From: Okamejei kenojei | Taxonomy: Eukaryota | NCBI GenBank assembly: GCA_035221665.1 | Contig: CM069153.1 | Span: forward strand, 33,542,001-33,606,000 | Length of the DNA: 64,000 bases | Direction of reading: 5' to 3' | In this document: positions 51,630-64,000 of the stretch, piece by piece | Numbering within the stretch: position 1 is the stretch's first letter | How the letters are laid out: every line of letters begins with the position of its first letter | Notes under the pieces: generated by a model | Seen by the model: only the letters and a program-made list of their open reading frames with translations | What the model was told of the DNA's origin: nothing | Databases searched by the model: none | Made by a program: the position numbers and the translations under genes

Positions 51630-51930
51630 GAAGGACTTGCATTTGTATGACAACTCTCATGAATAGGCGCACCTAAAAATTCTACATCTAATGAAGCACA
51701 TTTAAAAAGCAGTTGTCGACCTTTTTACACACAGCGAACTACAATAAATCAATAACAGAGGGAATGGTCTGCTGATCACCATTGGCAGTGATGATTGTGG
51801 CATAACTCTGAGTTAGAACATTTGGGAGAGTTCCCTGCTATCCTTAGAATAGTCGCGTGAGATATTTGTGTACAGTTGGAAGGGCAGTATAGGAGCTTAG
51901 TTGAATGTCTCATTCAGGGGAAAGAGCATC
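51630..51930 (-). mobile_element. Deu-domain SINE relic
   Basis: aaggacttgcatttgtat...gagagttccctgctatcctt...aatgtctcattc. Confidence 0.5.
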
Positions 51931-52499
51931 ACTGTACCTATAGAATATTATTTGTAGCACGAGACCAGGTTGTCTCCATATTCCATTGGCTGAGAGTGGT
52001 ATAGGGCTTAACAGGGCGAAGACGTATTTAGAATGTGATCTCTGCAAAATGGTTATTTACCCTTTACCCATCCATTCTCACATTACTGTCACTCAGCTGC
52101 AGGTTCATTTGAACAATAGATGGCTGCCTTAAAGCATTTGAGAATAACTCAACAGTAATGCTACAGAGATTGATGCAGTGACTTTCTCTGCCACTGATGT
52201 CCCAACTGATTAACAGCCACGAGGTATAGTGAGGTATAGCTCTTCAGCCCTATCCAGCAGCAATGGAATTTTGATCGAGTGTTAAATATTGCCCAGGATA
52301 TGGGAAGAATACTCTTGATTGTCTTTGGATTTGTACCCCGGGTCTCTTCCACTGATGTGAGAGAGCAAGCAAGGATTTGGCTTAATGCTTCAGCAAAAGG
52401 CAAGATCTCGGGTAGTGCTGCACTTTCACAAAATTGGACGAGATTGCCAGTCAAAGGCACAAAAGAAGCACTGGCTGCAGGGCAAAGATATCTGCACAA

Positions 52500-54140
52500 T
52501 TTCAAACGTCAAGAGTGTTTACTTTGTCACATGCACGGGGAGCGGATCAAATAAATTCTTACTTGCTACAGGTACAACAAGTAAATATACAATGAACAGT
52601 AATACAATCAAGTATCAGGTACACTAGGTAACCAGACCTTAATGGTACCATCTAAAATATGTAGTGCAACCCTTACAAAGTTCATAGTAGTTCGGTACCA
52701 AGGCAACACTGCAGTTAATATTGTGTTTAACAAGGAACTGCAGATGCTGGAAAATCGAAGGTGGACAAAAATGCAGGAGAAACGCAGCGGGTGAATATTG
52801 TGCAGTGTGGTTCAAGAGTTTGATGGGAAGAAGCAGTTTGTGAACCTGGAGTTAACGGTTCTCAGGCTCCCGTACCTTCTCTCCAATTATGGCAGTGAGG
52901 TGAGAGCATGGCCAGGATTGTGTGGGTCATTCATGATACTAGTTGCGTTCTTGAGGCACTCTTTCCTGTAGATCCCTTTGATGGTGGGGAGATTTAATAA
53001 TACTTATTAAGGTCTGGGCAATGTCCACCACTTTCTGGAGCCTCCTTCCTTCTTGGACTTTCAAGTTACTGAAACATGCCCTGGTGAATCCAGTCGCTAT
53101 TCCCTCCACCATACACCTGTTGAAGTTGAATAGATAATTCAGTGACATGCCGAATCTCCTCACACTTCTGAGGAAATAGAGGTGTGGATGAGCTTTATTT
53201 ACAATATCATCAATGTGCTGGATGCAGGTTAGATTATCAGAGATGTGTACGTCCAGGAATGTGAAGCTGTTGACTCTTTCCAGCATCAACCCGTCATTGA
53301 AGACGTGGACTCTCAGCTTTCCCTTCCTCAAGTCGACAATCCGCTCCTTGGTCTTACTAACATTGAGATCAAGATTGGTGTTCTGGCACAACTCAAACCG
53401 ATCATCGATCTCCCACCTGTACTCTGACTGATCATTACCCTTTCCGATGGAATCATCAGCTAAGTTAAACATGGTGTTGCAGCTGAGTCAGGCTATGCAA
53501 ACCTGGTCTGTACATTCAGCAAAAGACTGGTTCCACCAAGACCCAGTACAGAACACAACAGGAGATCATTTTTCCCTGTGGCTTTCAAATTGTACAACTC
53601 TTCCCCTTCTATCATGGGGTAGACTGACTCTCCAATCCCTCTGACTCTCCAATCCCTTCCACTCGTCACTTTAATTTCGTGTATCTTGTGTTTTATGACT
53701 GTTTGCAGACCAATTTCCATTTTTGTATTGTATTGCATAGAGAGAGTAGAGTAGGGTACTGAGCACGCAACCTTGAGGTGCTCATGAGCTGATGGTCAGC
53801 GAGGAGGAAATGTTGTTGCCAATTTATATTGATTAAGGTCTGCCAATGAGGAAGTCGAGGATCGAGTTACAAAGGGATGAGCAGTGAGCCATTTCTCTGA
53901 ATTTGATGGTAGGTTTAGAGGGGATAATGGTGTAGAATGCCTAGCTGTAGTCGATGAACAACAGCCTGACTTGTAATCTTAGTTGCCCAGTAGTTAGCTA
54001 GTGAGGCCATACCCGCTGTCCATGTGTTAGGTGAATTGGAGTGGGTCTAAGTATATAACATATACTTATGGGTTGATAACTCCTACCTTAGGTAGGAGTT
54101 CATAGGGCAGAACCAATTTCTCAAAGCATTTCATCACAGC
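52500..54140 (-). mobile_element. Rex1/Babar-type LINE, degraded RT C-terminal half and 3' UTR, with nested insertions (52726-52793; ~53500-53735)
   Basis: ORF 52939-53472: LDLNVSKTKERIVDLRK...ERVNSFTFLDVHISDNLT...KAHPHLYFLRSVRRFGM; the PLE insert is flanked by an aatattgtg duplication. Confidence 0.85.
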
Positions 54141-56194
54141 ACTTTGTTTGTCCATTTCCTTCCACGAATGCTGCCTGACCTGCTGAGTTTCTCTAGCAGT
54201 TTGGCTTTCAGTCATGCATTATATTAATGGTGGGAACTGCAGTCTTTTCCACAGGTGGAGCAGAAGGTGTTTAACACCAGGCAGTTTGTGAGGTGGCGTA
54301 TTTCTCTGCTTTATATTCAGTGTCACTGTGTGCTCCTGAAGCATAAACTTGAGATCCTCAATACTATCCCGAGTATCACTTCTCCACCTTGAGTGATCAT
54401 AGGCATAGAAGTCATCATGGAGGGGATTCTGTATTTCAACAGAGACTTTGAACATCTGGTAATGCCTTCTTCCACCTGGTAATGCCTTCAATGACAGTGT
54501 TTGTATTGGAGTGTCCGTCCCAGACCCAGTGGAGCCGAGTGAGTGAAACTAGGAAACCCGGCAATAAGGATGTTGACTTGGGTGAGGACAGTGACATTGG
54601 ATTGCTTAATTACTGATGTTTAAATAGACAGTGAGATCGTATCAAGCTATAAGAAAAGCTCATGAGTGAAAGGCAATAGAAGACACAAATAAATGAATTG
54701 GAACTTGCACAGGATGTCAAAGCCAACAGCGGGAAATTGGTTAAATGGGTTCATTAAAGGCAGGTAGATAATGAAGCAATAGGAAACTTTTCAAATTATC
54801 AATAAAAAAATAGAGAATGCTGGAAAAATTCAACAGGTCAGACAGCATCTTTGAAGAGAGAAATAGAAGCATAAGAATTCCTTTTCTATTTTCCATTTCT
54901 ATTTTTATTTCCAGCTGAGCATCATTGCATAGAGGTGCTCAAAAAGTGCTATGAAAATCAAGATCTTGCTTTGCAACATCTACAGGACAGCTTTATTGGG
55001 CTCCTTGGTGTAACAAAGCACTGTTTCTGTTTCGCCATGTGCTGCTGTTCCCTTGATTTTGTGCAAGATCCTGCAGGAGCTGATGCATAGTTGGTGCCAG
55101 CCCTGAAAGTGGCCCACAGTACAAGCTGTGTTCTTCCAACTAGTAACAAGCACGGCCTCTTCAAGGAAGTTGCTGCGGTGATGGGTGAAGGGAGGAACCA
55201 TGCCTCCGTGATCTCAGAGAAAGACCAGGATATGGCCCACATTATTTTTCTACATCTACAGTATTAGGTCCTCCTTCAGCCTTCTCTATTCCAAGAAAAA
55301 CCAATCCAGATTTCCCAGTCTCTCCTCATAACCAGACTGCTCCATGACATGATACATCCTGATGAATCGCTGCATCGTTTCCTATGCTTTCATGTCTTTC
55401 CTATGGGGTGGCATACATTATTTTAGCTGTAGCCTAACTAATGCTTTATAACGTTGTGCCAAGACCTTTCTGCTCCTAATTCTGTGCCATGTTCACTACA
55501 CCATCCACTTATGCTGTCACTATCAGCAATTCTTTGGACCTGTACACCATGGTCCCTTTGTTCACCTACTTCTCCTTTACCTACACAATCTAGCAGAACC
55601 AGCTTGGAGATTTAAAATTCTTTAAATGGCAGTGTTTCAGCTGAGGAAAGGATAGTGATCATTTTGTTCAATGAGTGAACGAGGACAGACCTCTCTCTGC
55701 CCTTTCTTTGTGATTGCGTCAATGTAGTTGCGCCTCCCTCCACTCTATCCCTTGCTTCCATCTCCCACCACGCTCCATCTCACTATCATCCTTCACCCCT
55801 CTGTGGTCCATCAGTGAGCTCAGCCTCACAGCTCCCTCTCCTCTTTCTCAGCTCACTGAATTCTACCAGCAGTTTCATTTTTGTCTCGGATTCCAGCATC
55901 TGCAGTCTCTCATGCCTGCATGTGCAGTCTCCCATGCCTGCAAAGTTCCCTCTTTTTCGATCTGTAATGTGCGATATCTTATCTCCATCTGAGAGGACAG
56001 GTGGTTAATGTTGGGTCAGAAAGGCTTCACCTGTGTTACAATGAAGTGTTATTTTCAGTTATGTGCTTTAACCTTTGATTTTTTTTTTTTTAGTTCAAAT
56101 ATATACTTTATTCATAATAATATAAAGAGGAATACAATTGGTAAACATCTTTCTCAACATTCATTGTGGGAATTAACTCTCAACCAAATAACTC

Positions 56195-56480
56195 AGCAGC
56201 GCAGAGGCGCAGCGGTAGAGTTGCTGCCTCACTGCGCCAGAGACCCGGTTTCAATCTTGAATATGGGTGCTCTCTGTAAGGAGTTGGCACGTTCTCCCCG
56301 TGACCTGTGTGGGTTTTCTCCGGGTGCTCCAGTTTCCTCCACACTTTAAAGACGTACAAACCTGGTTTCTAGACTAATTGGCTTGGTAAAATTGTAAATT
56401 GTCCCTAGTGTGTGGAGGATAAGGGTTGCTGGTCAGCATGGGCTCGGTGGGCCAAAGGGCTTGTTTCCTCAACAAGATTG
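56195..56480 (+). mobile_element. HE1/V-SINE-like SINE
   Basis: ggcgcagcggtagagttgctgcctcactgcgccagagacccggtttcaatc (A/B boxes), central domain and CR1-like tail. Confidence 0.85.
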
Positions 56481-56884
56481 TATCTCAAACTTAACAAATC
56501 TTAATTTAGAAGCAAAAGTTCTAATAATCATTGTTGACTCTCTGTTTCACTGTTGACTAGAAACAGATTATTAACTGCAGATGAAGCAGCACATGCTTCA
56601 TATCTAAACACACACTCTCACTGAACCACAATCAGCAATTGTGGTAAACATCAGGGAGAAACCCACGCACATTGTACAGGCTCATGTCCAAGGATGGTTT
56701 TCTCCTCCTTTGCCTGTCCTTTGCCCAAACAGTGCAAGGCCAATAGCAGCCCAAGATCAAACGGCGCAGAGAGCTGTGGGTCAGTGGTGGGGCCTTCTGT
56801 CTGCCTGGTTTTGTCCTGCGTGCCAAATGTGCTAAGTCAGCGGGAGAGCCGGGGGCTTCCTACGTCTTCACGGAGCAGAGGTCA

Positions 56885-56935
56885 CTGGCAGTGCCAGGAA
56901 AGCGTTTCCAGTAAAATGTATTCCTGCACTGCCAG
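56885..56935 (+). ncRNA. Pre-miRNA-like hairpin candidate
   Basis: 21 base pairs including two G-U, one bulge, one mismatch, 6-nt loop. Confidence 0.25.
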
Positions 56936-57478
56936 ATGAGTCACCTACAACAGACCACGGTTTAAATGAACTTCCTTTTCTCTATGTCCAGATAAATGAC
57001 TGCAATATTCTCAGATTTATTTTTAATAATCCAGGGCCTGTAATGTGCTGATTTATGTTGGAGCAATAAGGTTTCTATTAGGGTGGCTTCTCCTGCTCTT
57101 TCACTATGACAGCAGCTGTCCTTGACTGTTTCTTCTTTTTCTCTCTGCAATAACGAATTAAAAAGTCATAAATCAATCCATGTTGTTGCTGCGCACCAGT
57201 TAATGACATTTATTTCAGCCTCTGATTACAGCAACCCACAGTTTCCATCCGTCGCCCATCTCTCTCTGCTGCTGCAAGGCAGTCTGCACATAGTCTGTCC
57301 CTGATAGGAGTTGACAATAGTCTTCCAGGATGAGAACATTCCTAACAAAGATTCCCCCTTACATTTTCCAGTCTCCCTCACATTTACACCACATGCTGCC
57401 TCCCCTCAAACACTTTCTGTTACACACTGCCCCTCTCCCCGCCCCATCTGGTTTCCCCCTTACACTGCCCCTTCGTTA

Positions 57479-57813
57479 AGGGCTTGTCCCACTGTACCAG
57501 GTAATTCAAGAGTTCTCCCGAGTTTCCCCTGATTCGAACTCGGAGAATTACTGTAATAGCCGCTCGTAGGTACTCGGGGCTCTCGTGGACATTTTTCAAC
57601 ATGTCCACGAGAGCAACATGTTGAAAAATCTTCACAAGTCTTCATGAGCTTAACGCGTTTCCCGAGTACCTGCCGTTAGCGTTACGAGCCGCTTAGAGAA
57701 GTCCCGAGCTCCGACGTACCCCGCTACGTACATTCTATGTGCTTACCACAAGTTTGATGTTTGTTTTAACTGGGGAGAGCTCTTGAATTACCTCGTACAG
57801 TGGGACAGCCCCT
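57479..57813. mobile_element. MITE, same family as 310-406 and 49688-49981
   Basis: TIR ..TGTCCCACTGTAC(C/G)AGGTAATTCAAGAG; TTAA context at both ends. Confidence 0.85.
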
Positions 57814-57814
57814 T

Positions 57815-58320
57815 AACCTTGTCTCCCTCTCAAACTGCCTCCTTCTCACCTTGTTTTCTACTCACACTGCCATTCCTTACCTCAACTTTTATTTGACTCA
57901 TCTCCCGTCACATTGCCATTTCCTGCTTTTTGCCCAGTTTGCCCTCACCCTTCATATTGCCCCCTCCTCACCTTGTCTCATCCTCACATTGCCCCTTGCT
58001 CAACTCATCCACCCAACACTGCCCATTCATCACCTCACCGACTCACTTTGTCTGCTTCTCACCTTAAATGTTCCCACCTCACCTCATCTCCTTCCTAATC
58101 TGTCCTACTCACTTCATCTCCATTCCACACTGCCCCCTCACCTCATTTCCTTCACACCTTGTCCCCTTCCTACCTCATCTCAGAGGCCCTCTCAGTCTCT
58201 CTTCCTCTCTGATTCCCACACACAGGGTGTCCAAACATTATCCCTCCCTGTCAATCTCCAGCCACTGTGTCTCCTGTCTCTCCCATTCTGCCCTGGTCAC
58301 ACTTTCTCATCCTTGCATTC
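57815..58320. repeat. C/T-rich low-complexity tract
   Basis: Read directly; explains the L/P/H/S-rich ORF 57800-58372. Confidence 0.8.
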
Positions 58321-59069
58321 TACATTCCCCACAGCCATCAGGCTATTAAACTTGGCTCGGACAAAACTCTGAACATTAATACCCCTCCATCTGTTATTTG
58401 CACTTTATCAATTTATTCATTCATGTGTGTATTTACGTATATAATTGTAGTCAATGCCTACTATGTTCTGTTGTGCTATGCAAAGAAAGAATTTCATTGT
58501 CCTGTCAGGGACACATGACAATAAACTCTTTTGACTTTGACTTGACTACTTTCTTACCTTCTGCTTACAATCTCAAATTCACCCAGTCTACATCCTTCCA
58601 TTCCCAGACTTCCACCAACATGGACTCCTCGCATTCAACCCTACTCTTCTTCTTGAACCATCTTCACCCTGTATCTCCGGTCTGCAGTTTCCTGGTCACA
58701 CTGACTCTTTGCATACTCTCCAGACACTATCTGCACCACACTTTATCCCTCCTCCCTCTCTGCTCTTCATTTGTTCCTCCACCACCTGTTCACTACTGCA
58801 CAGTATTTTAGCAGCTCAACCTGGCTGATGCAACCTGTTTGTGACTCCAGCACTGTTAAGTTGGTGAACTGTTAACTGTCCCCGGGAATGGACTTGCAAA
58901 CCATCAGTGGAATCTTAGCTGCTATGTCAAAATAGAATGAGGATGAAATTCTTAACCATTCAACTCTGGGACTGAATTCAGACATGGCAAGGGTACCAAA
59001 TATATTGCTGGTCATGGATCTGAGGCCTGGGGTTTCCTTCCCAACAGCATCATATCATATCATCAAAGA

Positions 59070-59345
59070 GCCATATGGCATAGATACATCCTTTGGCCCA
59101 ACTTGCCCACACAGGCCAAAATGTCCCAGCTAAACTAGCCCCGCCTGCCTGCGTTTGGCCCATATCCCTCCAAACCTGTCCTATCCATGTACCTGTCTAA
59201 CTGTTTGTTACATGTTGCAATGGTCCCTGCCTTCACTACCTCCTCTGGCAACTCGTTCCGTACACCCGCCAGCCTTTGTGTAATAGGACACCTCTCAGTG
59301 TCCTATTAAATCTTTTCCTTTTTACTTTAAACCTATGTCCTCTGG
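59070..59345 (-). mobile_element. CR1 LINE 3' end
   Basis: ggcccaacttgcccacac...ctacctcctctggcaactcgttcc...ctttaaacctatgtcctctgg. Confidence 0.8.
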
Positions 59346-60539
59346 AAATACCTTCTCAGTTCAAGAAGGCCGCTCCCTGGTGATGCCAGGATTGGATTTT
59401 AAATGAGTGTGCACTACAGGCAGAAAAGACCAAGGGAGTTTTTATACTGCAATTTGGACAAGATGAGCTCAGAAATGTGATGCAATTCTGTCCTGTCTTA
59501 ATTCATACCTCCACAATAACAAAAATGATTGCATTTCCCATCATTTCCCTCTGATATCTTCAGTTCCTAAACCCATCCCACGTTCAGGGTTTTCTGGGAA
59601 TCTTGGGCAGCAACAGGAAAGCGGGGGGGGGGGGGGGGGGGGTGGTGGGGTGTGGAAGTAGAGGACAAGGACAAGAGACAGGCCAAGAGGAGGAGTGGAG
59701 GAGTGGCGAGGGAAGTGAGAAGAAGTAAAGGGGAGTGGAAAAAGAGAGGAAGGGAGCAGTACCTCGCCCTAACCCTGCCTACTCATCAATCCACCCTAGG
59801 ATGTTAACAGTGACTTCCAAGGTCTGCTGCGAGCAGAGTCATTTCAAAATAACATGTTTTCTTCTCTCAATTGTTTCAAACGTTGTGTTGGGGAAAAACA
59901 TCTCAGAGATAGAAAAGGAGGTCTGAGCAGCAGAATGTTGGGAGGCAGAAGATGATGTCACAAATCCAGAGCCGATGGCCCAGTCAGGTCGGGCACGTGT
60001 CCACGAACTCTGACAACTCACTGAGCTGAGCTGTGCCTGTGCACAGTGAGTGGTTTACTCTCCAGCTGCTGGTGGGTCGCTGTGCATGGAGAATCATCAG
60101 CAAAGCCCAGAATATTAGAAGTAATATATTCCATTAAGTATACTGTCAGATATTGCATCCTCCCATTCAGCCTTTGCCGGATCTCCAGCCCTCAGAGTTC
60201 ACCTCCCTCACCCACTGACAAACCCGTCCTCAGTCCAGCCTTACTCATCCTGATGACAAATCTTGACGGGGACTTCACAGTTAGGGTGCACAGTGCCCTG
60301 AACACCCCCACCCCCCTCCCCCATCTACCAGTTGGGGACCCCACCAAACACTTATTGGCCGTAGCTCATATTAAGAATAATTTATGAAATACTGCATTTA
60401 CAATTCCCATAATCAGCGGACAATATTAAATTAAATAATAATTCACAAGGAAACTGGCAAAGAATACTGTTTTGTATGCGCTTGGAAAACAGTACAATCA
60501 GATGCAGGTGTTTCTTCATTTGTACAGTGTACACATATC

Positions 60540-60890
60540 AGTGCGTGTTTGTTTCTTTTACTTCTGCCAGTGTATTTGAATGTGTGTATGTGTGTGCTTT
60601 TATTTCGGTGTGCATGTGTGTGCATCTGCATATAAACATACTTGTATTTGTGTATGAGCATGCATGTGTGTGTGTGTGTATGTTTCTTACAGTTGGTTTT
60701 GTCGGAAGTGTGTCTGTACATATGTCTCTATATTTCTATATGAGAATGTGTCTATATACCTGTGCCTTTACAAATTTGTGATGTACCTGTGTGTATGTTT
60801 CTGCACAAGTACACCTCTTTATGTGTGTATGCATGCAGTGCACGTATGTAGGTGAATGTACGTGTATGTTCGTTAACTAATGCATGTGTG
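60540..60890. repeat. Degenerate TG-rich tract
   Basis: Read directly. Confidence 0.85.
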
Positions 60891-61193
60891 GAATACTTTG
60901 GAATAGAATACTTTATTATCACACAGTGAAATTCTTTGCTTGCATACCCAATGTACACAAATAGTGGCCACCTACGGTGCTGACAAAGTTACACGGCGGC
61001 TCGTCCTTCTGTTCTCCCCCCTCCCCCCCCACCCCTCCCCCCCCCGCACATTGGTTCCCCCACGCCAGGTCCCTATTGTCCTTTGTCCCCCCCCCCTCCT
61101 TATTGTCCATTGTTCTTTCTCACGGCAGTCCCCCCCACGCCGAATCCTCCACTGTTCTTCTTCCCCCTCACTGCGGTCCTCCACTCTCTCATT

Positions 61194-61236
61194 ATGTGTG
61201 TACATGTGTGTGTACATGTGTGTGTACATGTGTGTG
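61194..61236. repeat. 12-bp tandem repeat (TGTGTGTACATG)~3.5
   Basis: Read directly. Confidence 0.9.
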
Positions 61237-62469
61237 TTTAGTAGCGGGGAAGAGGCATAAACATCACGTGGTCTATCACTCCCCACACCATAGGACCTTC
61301 TGTTTTGGGAGCATGTTTGATTTTATTGACATGCTATTGCATAATTCCTCCATGTCTCCATCCTGTGAATGTTATGGTTCCAGCCCTTCGTGTCATGTTT
61401 TGTTTCAACACTCCATTTAAACACACATATGTTTCCCCACTGACTTGGCAGCTGTCAGACTCAAACTCAACGGCACGACACATTTGCCGCAACTTTAAAA
61501 GTGGAGCTGCTTTTTGATCATTATCTTGGAAGCGTGCTTCAAAGCCCCACATCAGGGCTGAATTTTGTGTTAAAAGCGTGTTTTCCTCCGGATATGTATC
61601 TAATCTTCACGTTGTACTTCCCTTGAGAATGGTGTTAGCGTAGTCCAGGCACACGCCACGAGAAGCTTAGCCCCCGACCCGTTCATTCCTCCATCCATCT
61701 GTGGGCTCCAGGTGTTCAAGTAACACGTTACACATGCGAGGAAGAGAAGGAGTGAAAGAGAGCAGCCTGCCACTGACCACTTCCAGAGGATCTGCTAATA
61801 GAATCAGCAGTGAGAATCAGCCTGTGGAGCCGTCAGCGGCTCAGAACGTCCCATTCAGCCAGGAGACAAAAGGCCGAGGTGACAGCCTCACTCCGGAGAT
61901 TTGAACTAATCTGCCTGGTGTTCCAGTGAGGCAGGTCCACGTTTCATATAAATGCAGCATTCAGTCCCCTCTCATAGGCGGATGTGAAATATTCCACATG
62001 AATCTTCAGAGTCGATGAGCAACTTTTATTCTCCAGCGGCGTAATCAATTATCCTCGCTACAGGCACTGGTGATGGGGGTTTGCTGTGCACTAACTGGTT
62101 ACCATGGTTCCTGCATTATAAGAATAACTCTTTCATTTTCTGTGCGGAATATCTTGAGGGCCTGGAAATTTGTTCACACAAACTGGAGTTGTGCACTCGT
62201 AAATTGGTTTAACCTGGACCAAAGCAATTTTGAATTATTTTCTTTTTTGATTATTTTGATTATTTTCTATTTTCTATAATTTCTTTTCCAGCTAGAAAAT
62301 TAGCCGAATAATGTCAACAGTGGGGCAACCACAAAACTGCTCTGCAGTTTGATTATTCGATATTGGCGGTCTGACATGACAATTCTCCTTTACTCAAAGA
62401 ACAACCAGCTGTTACTAACTAACCCTGCTATTTAAAGCACCAACACGCAAACTACATCCTCTTCCCTTA

Positions 62470-62665
62470 ATGTGTTGGAAGGAACTGCAGATGCTGGTTT
62501 AAACCGAAGATAGACATAAAAAGCTGGAGTAACTCAGCCGGTCAGACAGCATCTCTGGAGTAATGGAATAGGTGGTGTATTAGGTTACACGTACACAAGA
62601 TGTTACCTATCCATGTTCTTCAGGGATGCTGCCTGATCCACTGAGTTACACCAGCACTTTGTGTC
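62470..62665. mobile_element. Fold-back PLE tail element
   Basis: ggaaggaactgcagatgctgg...gctggagtaactcag / ctgagttacaccagc. Confidence 0.75.
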
Positions 62666-63199
62666 TCACCTTGTATGGATATCAGTTTAGGATAATGTTG
62701 TGATACCTATATTGTTTAAATGAACCATGGGTGTTCATCTTTCTTGCCTGACTTGTCAGTATAATAATAATATAATAAATAGCGAGTGAGCTATTCTGAA
62801 CCTTGTACAGGCTACTACATTCTTTATGATTTGACAAATATTGTACCTCAAGGGTACTTCAATGCACTAGCCCCGAACCTCTTGATTGCCTTAATATCAA
62901 AAAATCTATTGTTTTTTATATGTACTCAGTGACTGAGCCACCACTGTTAGAATGGGTAGGGAAATAAACTTCTCCCATTTCTGTCCTGAATGGATGATCC
63001 CATCTTTGTAGACCGTGCCCCTGTTACAAGACACCCCACCCAGGAGAAACATCCCCTTCAAGTCTATTCTGTCAGGACCCCTAAAAATGTTGAACCTTTA
63101 ATTGAGATGACAATATTGGTATCAGATTAGGGTAGAAGGCTTCTTGAAGTATCAATGGAACGGACCAGCCACAGGAATTAGTACAACTCTGTAAGAGTT

Positions 63200-64000
63200 G
63201 TAAGACACATTGGCAGCAAAGTCCATCTGCAAGACTAATGACAAGACTAATGGCATTGTGGAGACACATAACATTTCAGTCCCCTGGAGTAAAGTTCCGA
63301 TGCGCCTAAGGTATCAAATGCCATATTGTACCTTTCGCCACATTCCAGCATGCAAATGATAATTTTATGACTATGGGATTGAGACTGGGGTTTGAAGGGT
63401 CAGCGGAGGGGGACAAAGGATCAAGAGTTGGCAAACTAGGTTGATGTTCAGAGAAAGCAGTGATGCTTGAATAGCAGGGTCTTTGGGGAGGAGTTCCATA
63501 GACATTGGGGCCCTCAGAAGAGGTAATGTTTTTGTGGGAGTTTAGGCCATGTGTGGAGTTGGGAAGCATTGTGAGATCACGGCCAGGGAATGGATGTACA
63601 GATAGAGGTCTGAAGGTGAGAGATTGCCCAGGGACAAGTGGTGGCCTTGAGATTGGAGGGGCTTAGAGGGGCTGCTCAGTGATCAGAAACTTGGGAGATG
63701 GTGTGCCAGGCCACTTTGTTGCTGCCTTGGGGAGAGAGGATGGTTATGAGATTGGTGTCCTGGATCACAAGCGCAGGGCTCGAGGACTCCAGGGCAATCC
63801 TGTCGGGCTGACAACTCTAACCAGGTTGTGGATGGAGGGACTGCTTTTTTAGAAACAGGCTTCAGCGCTGGCTCTCGGTGATTTCACATCTAGGTCATTT
63901 CCTTTCAACCTCAGTCTTGGCTCCTTGAAAACGCGGCTGCATGGTGCCATGGACCCTGGCTGTGTTGCTGTCTGAGAGTTTATGGAAGGTTAAGGAGTTC
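63200..64000 (-). mobile_element. Possible degraded LINE 5'/endonuclease-start region
   Basis: Minus ORF ends IKLSFACWNV, resembling the 'xWNV' start of APE endonucleases; weak. Confidence 0.3.

Noticed and set aside
52939-53472. 177-aa RT-like ORF as a functional gene
   Set aside because: Decayed LINE fragment with substituted conserved residues, interrupted by insertions.
56886-56907. Annotation as miR-34 or miR-449 itself
   Set aside because: Only the first 8 nt match; the remainder differs from those mature sequences.
57800-58372. 190-aa ORF
   Set aside because: Arises from a C/T-rich low-complexity tract that lacks stop codons.
59623-59655. Poly-G/C tracts as functional G-quadruplexes (also 1395, 1783, 1990, 15807, 24263, 61016)
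   Set aside because: Mostly homopolymer expansions in or beside repeats; lengths are prone to sequencing error and nothing suggests function.

Overview
Eukaryotic, essentially non-coding, repeat-rich genomic DNA (large intron or intergenic region). The repeat families point to a cartilaginous fish, probably a skate or ray (inference): tRNA-headed HE1/V-SINE-like elements, Deu-domain SINE relics, CR1 and Rex1/Babar LINE fragments, and about 20 Penelope-like (PLE) tails. I found no intact protein-coding gene, tRNA, rRNA or CRISPR array. Recognisable ORFs are retroelement debris; the rest look like chance or low-complexity ORFs. Most notable: (1) PLE-derived short elements carrying a minimal hammerhead-ribozyme core, several with target-site duplications; (2) a ~670-bp single-copy-looking segment duplicated 13.35 kb apart, with a candidate minus-strand exon and copy-specific Pbx/Hox/Meis-like sites; (3) a pre-miRNA-like hairpin with a miR-34/449 seed; (4) three related MITEs whose arms co-vary; (5) several template-switch or permutation scars. 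Boundaries of degraded repeats are approximate and family names come from recall, not a search.
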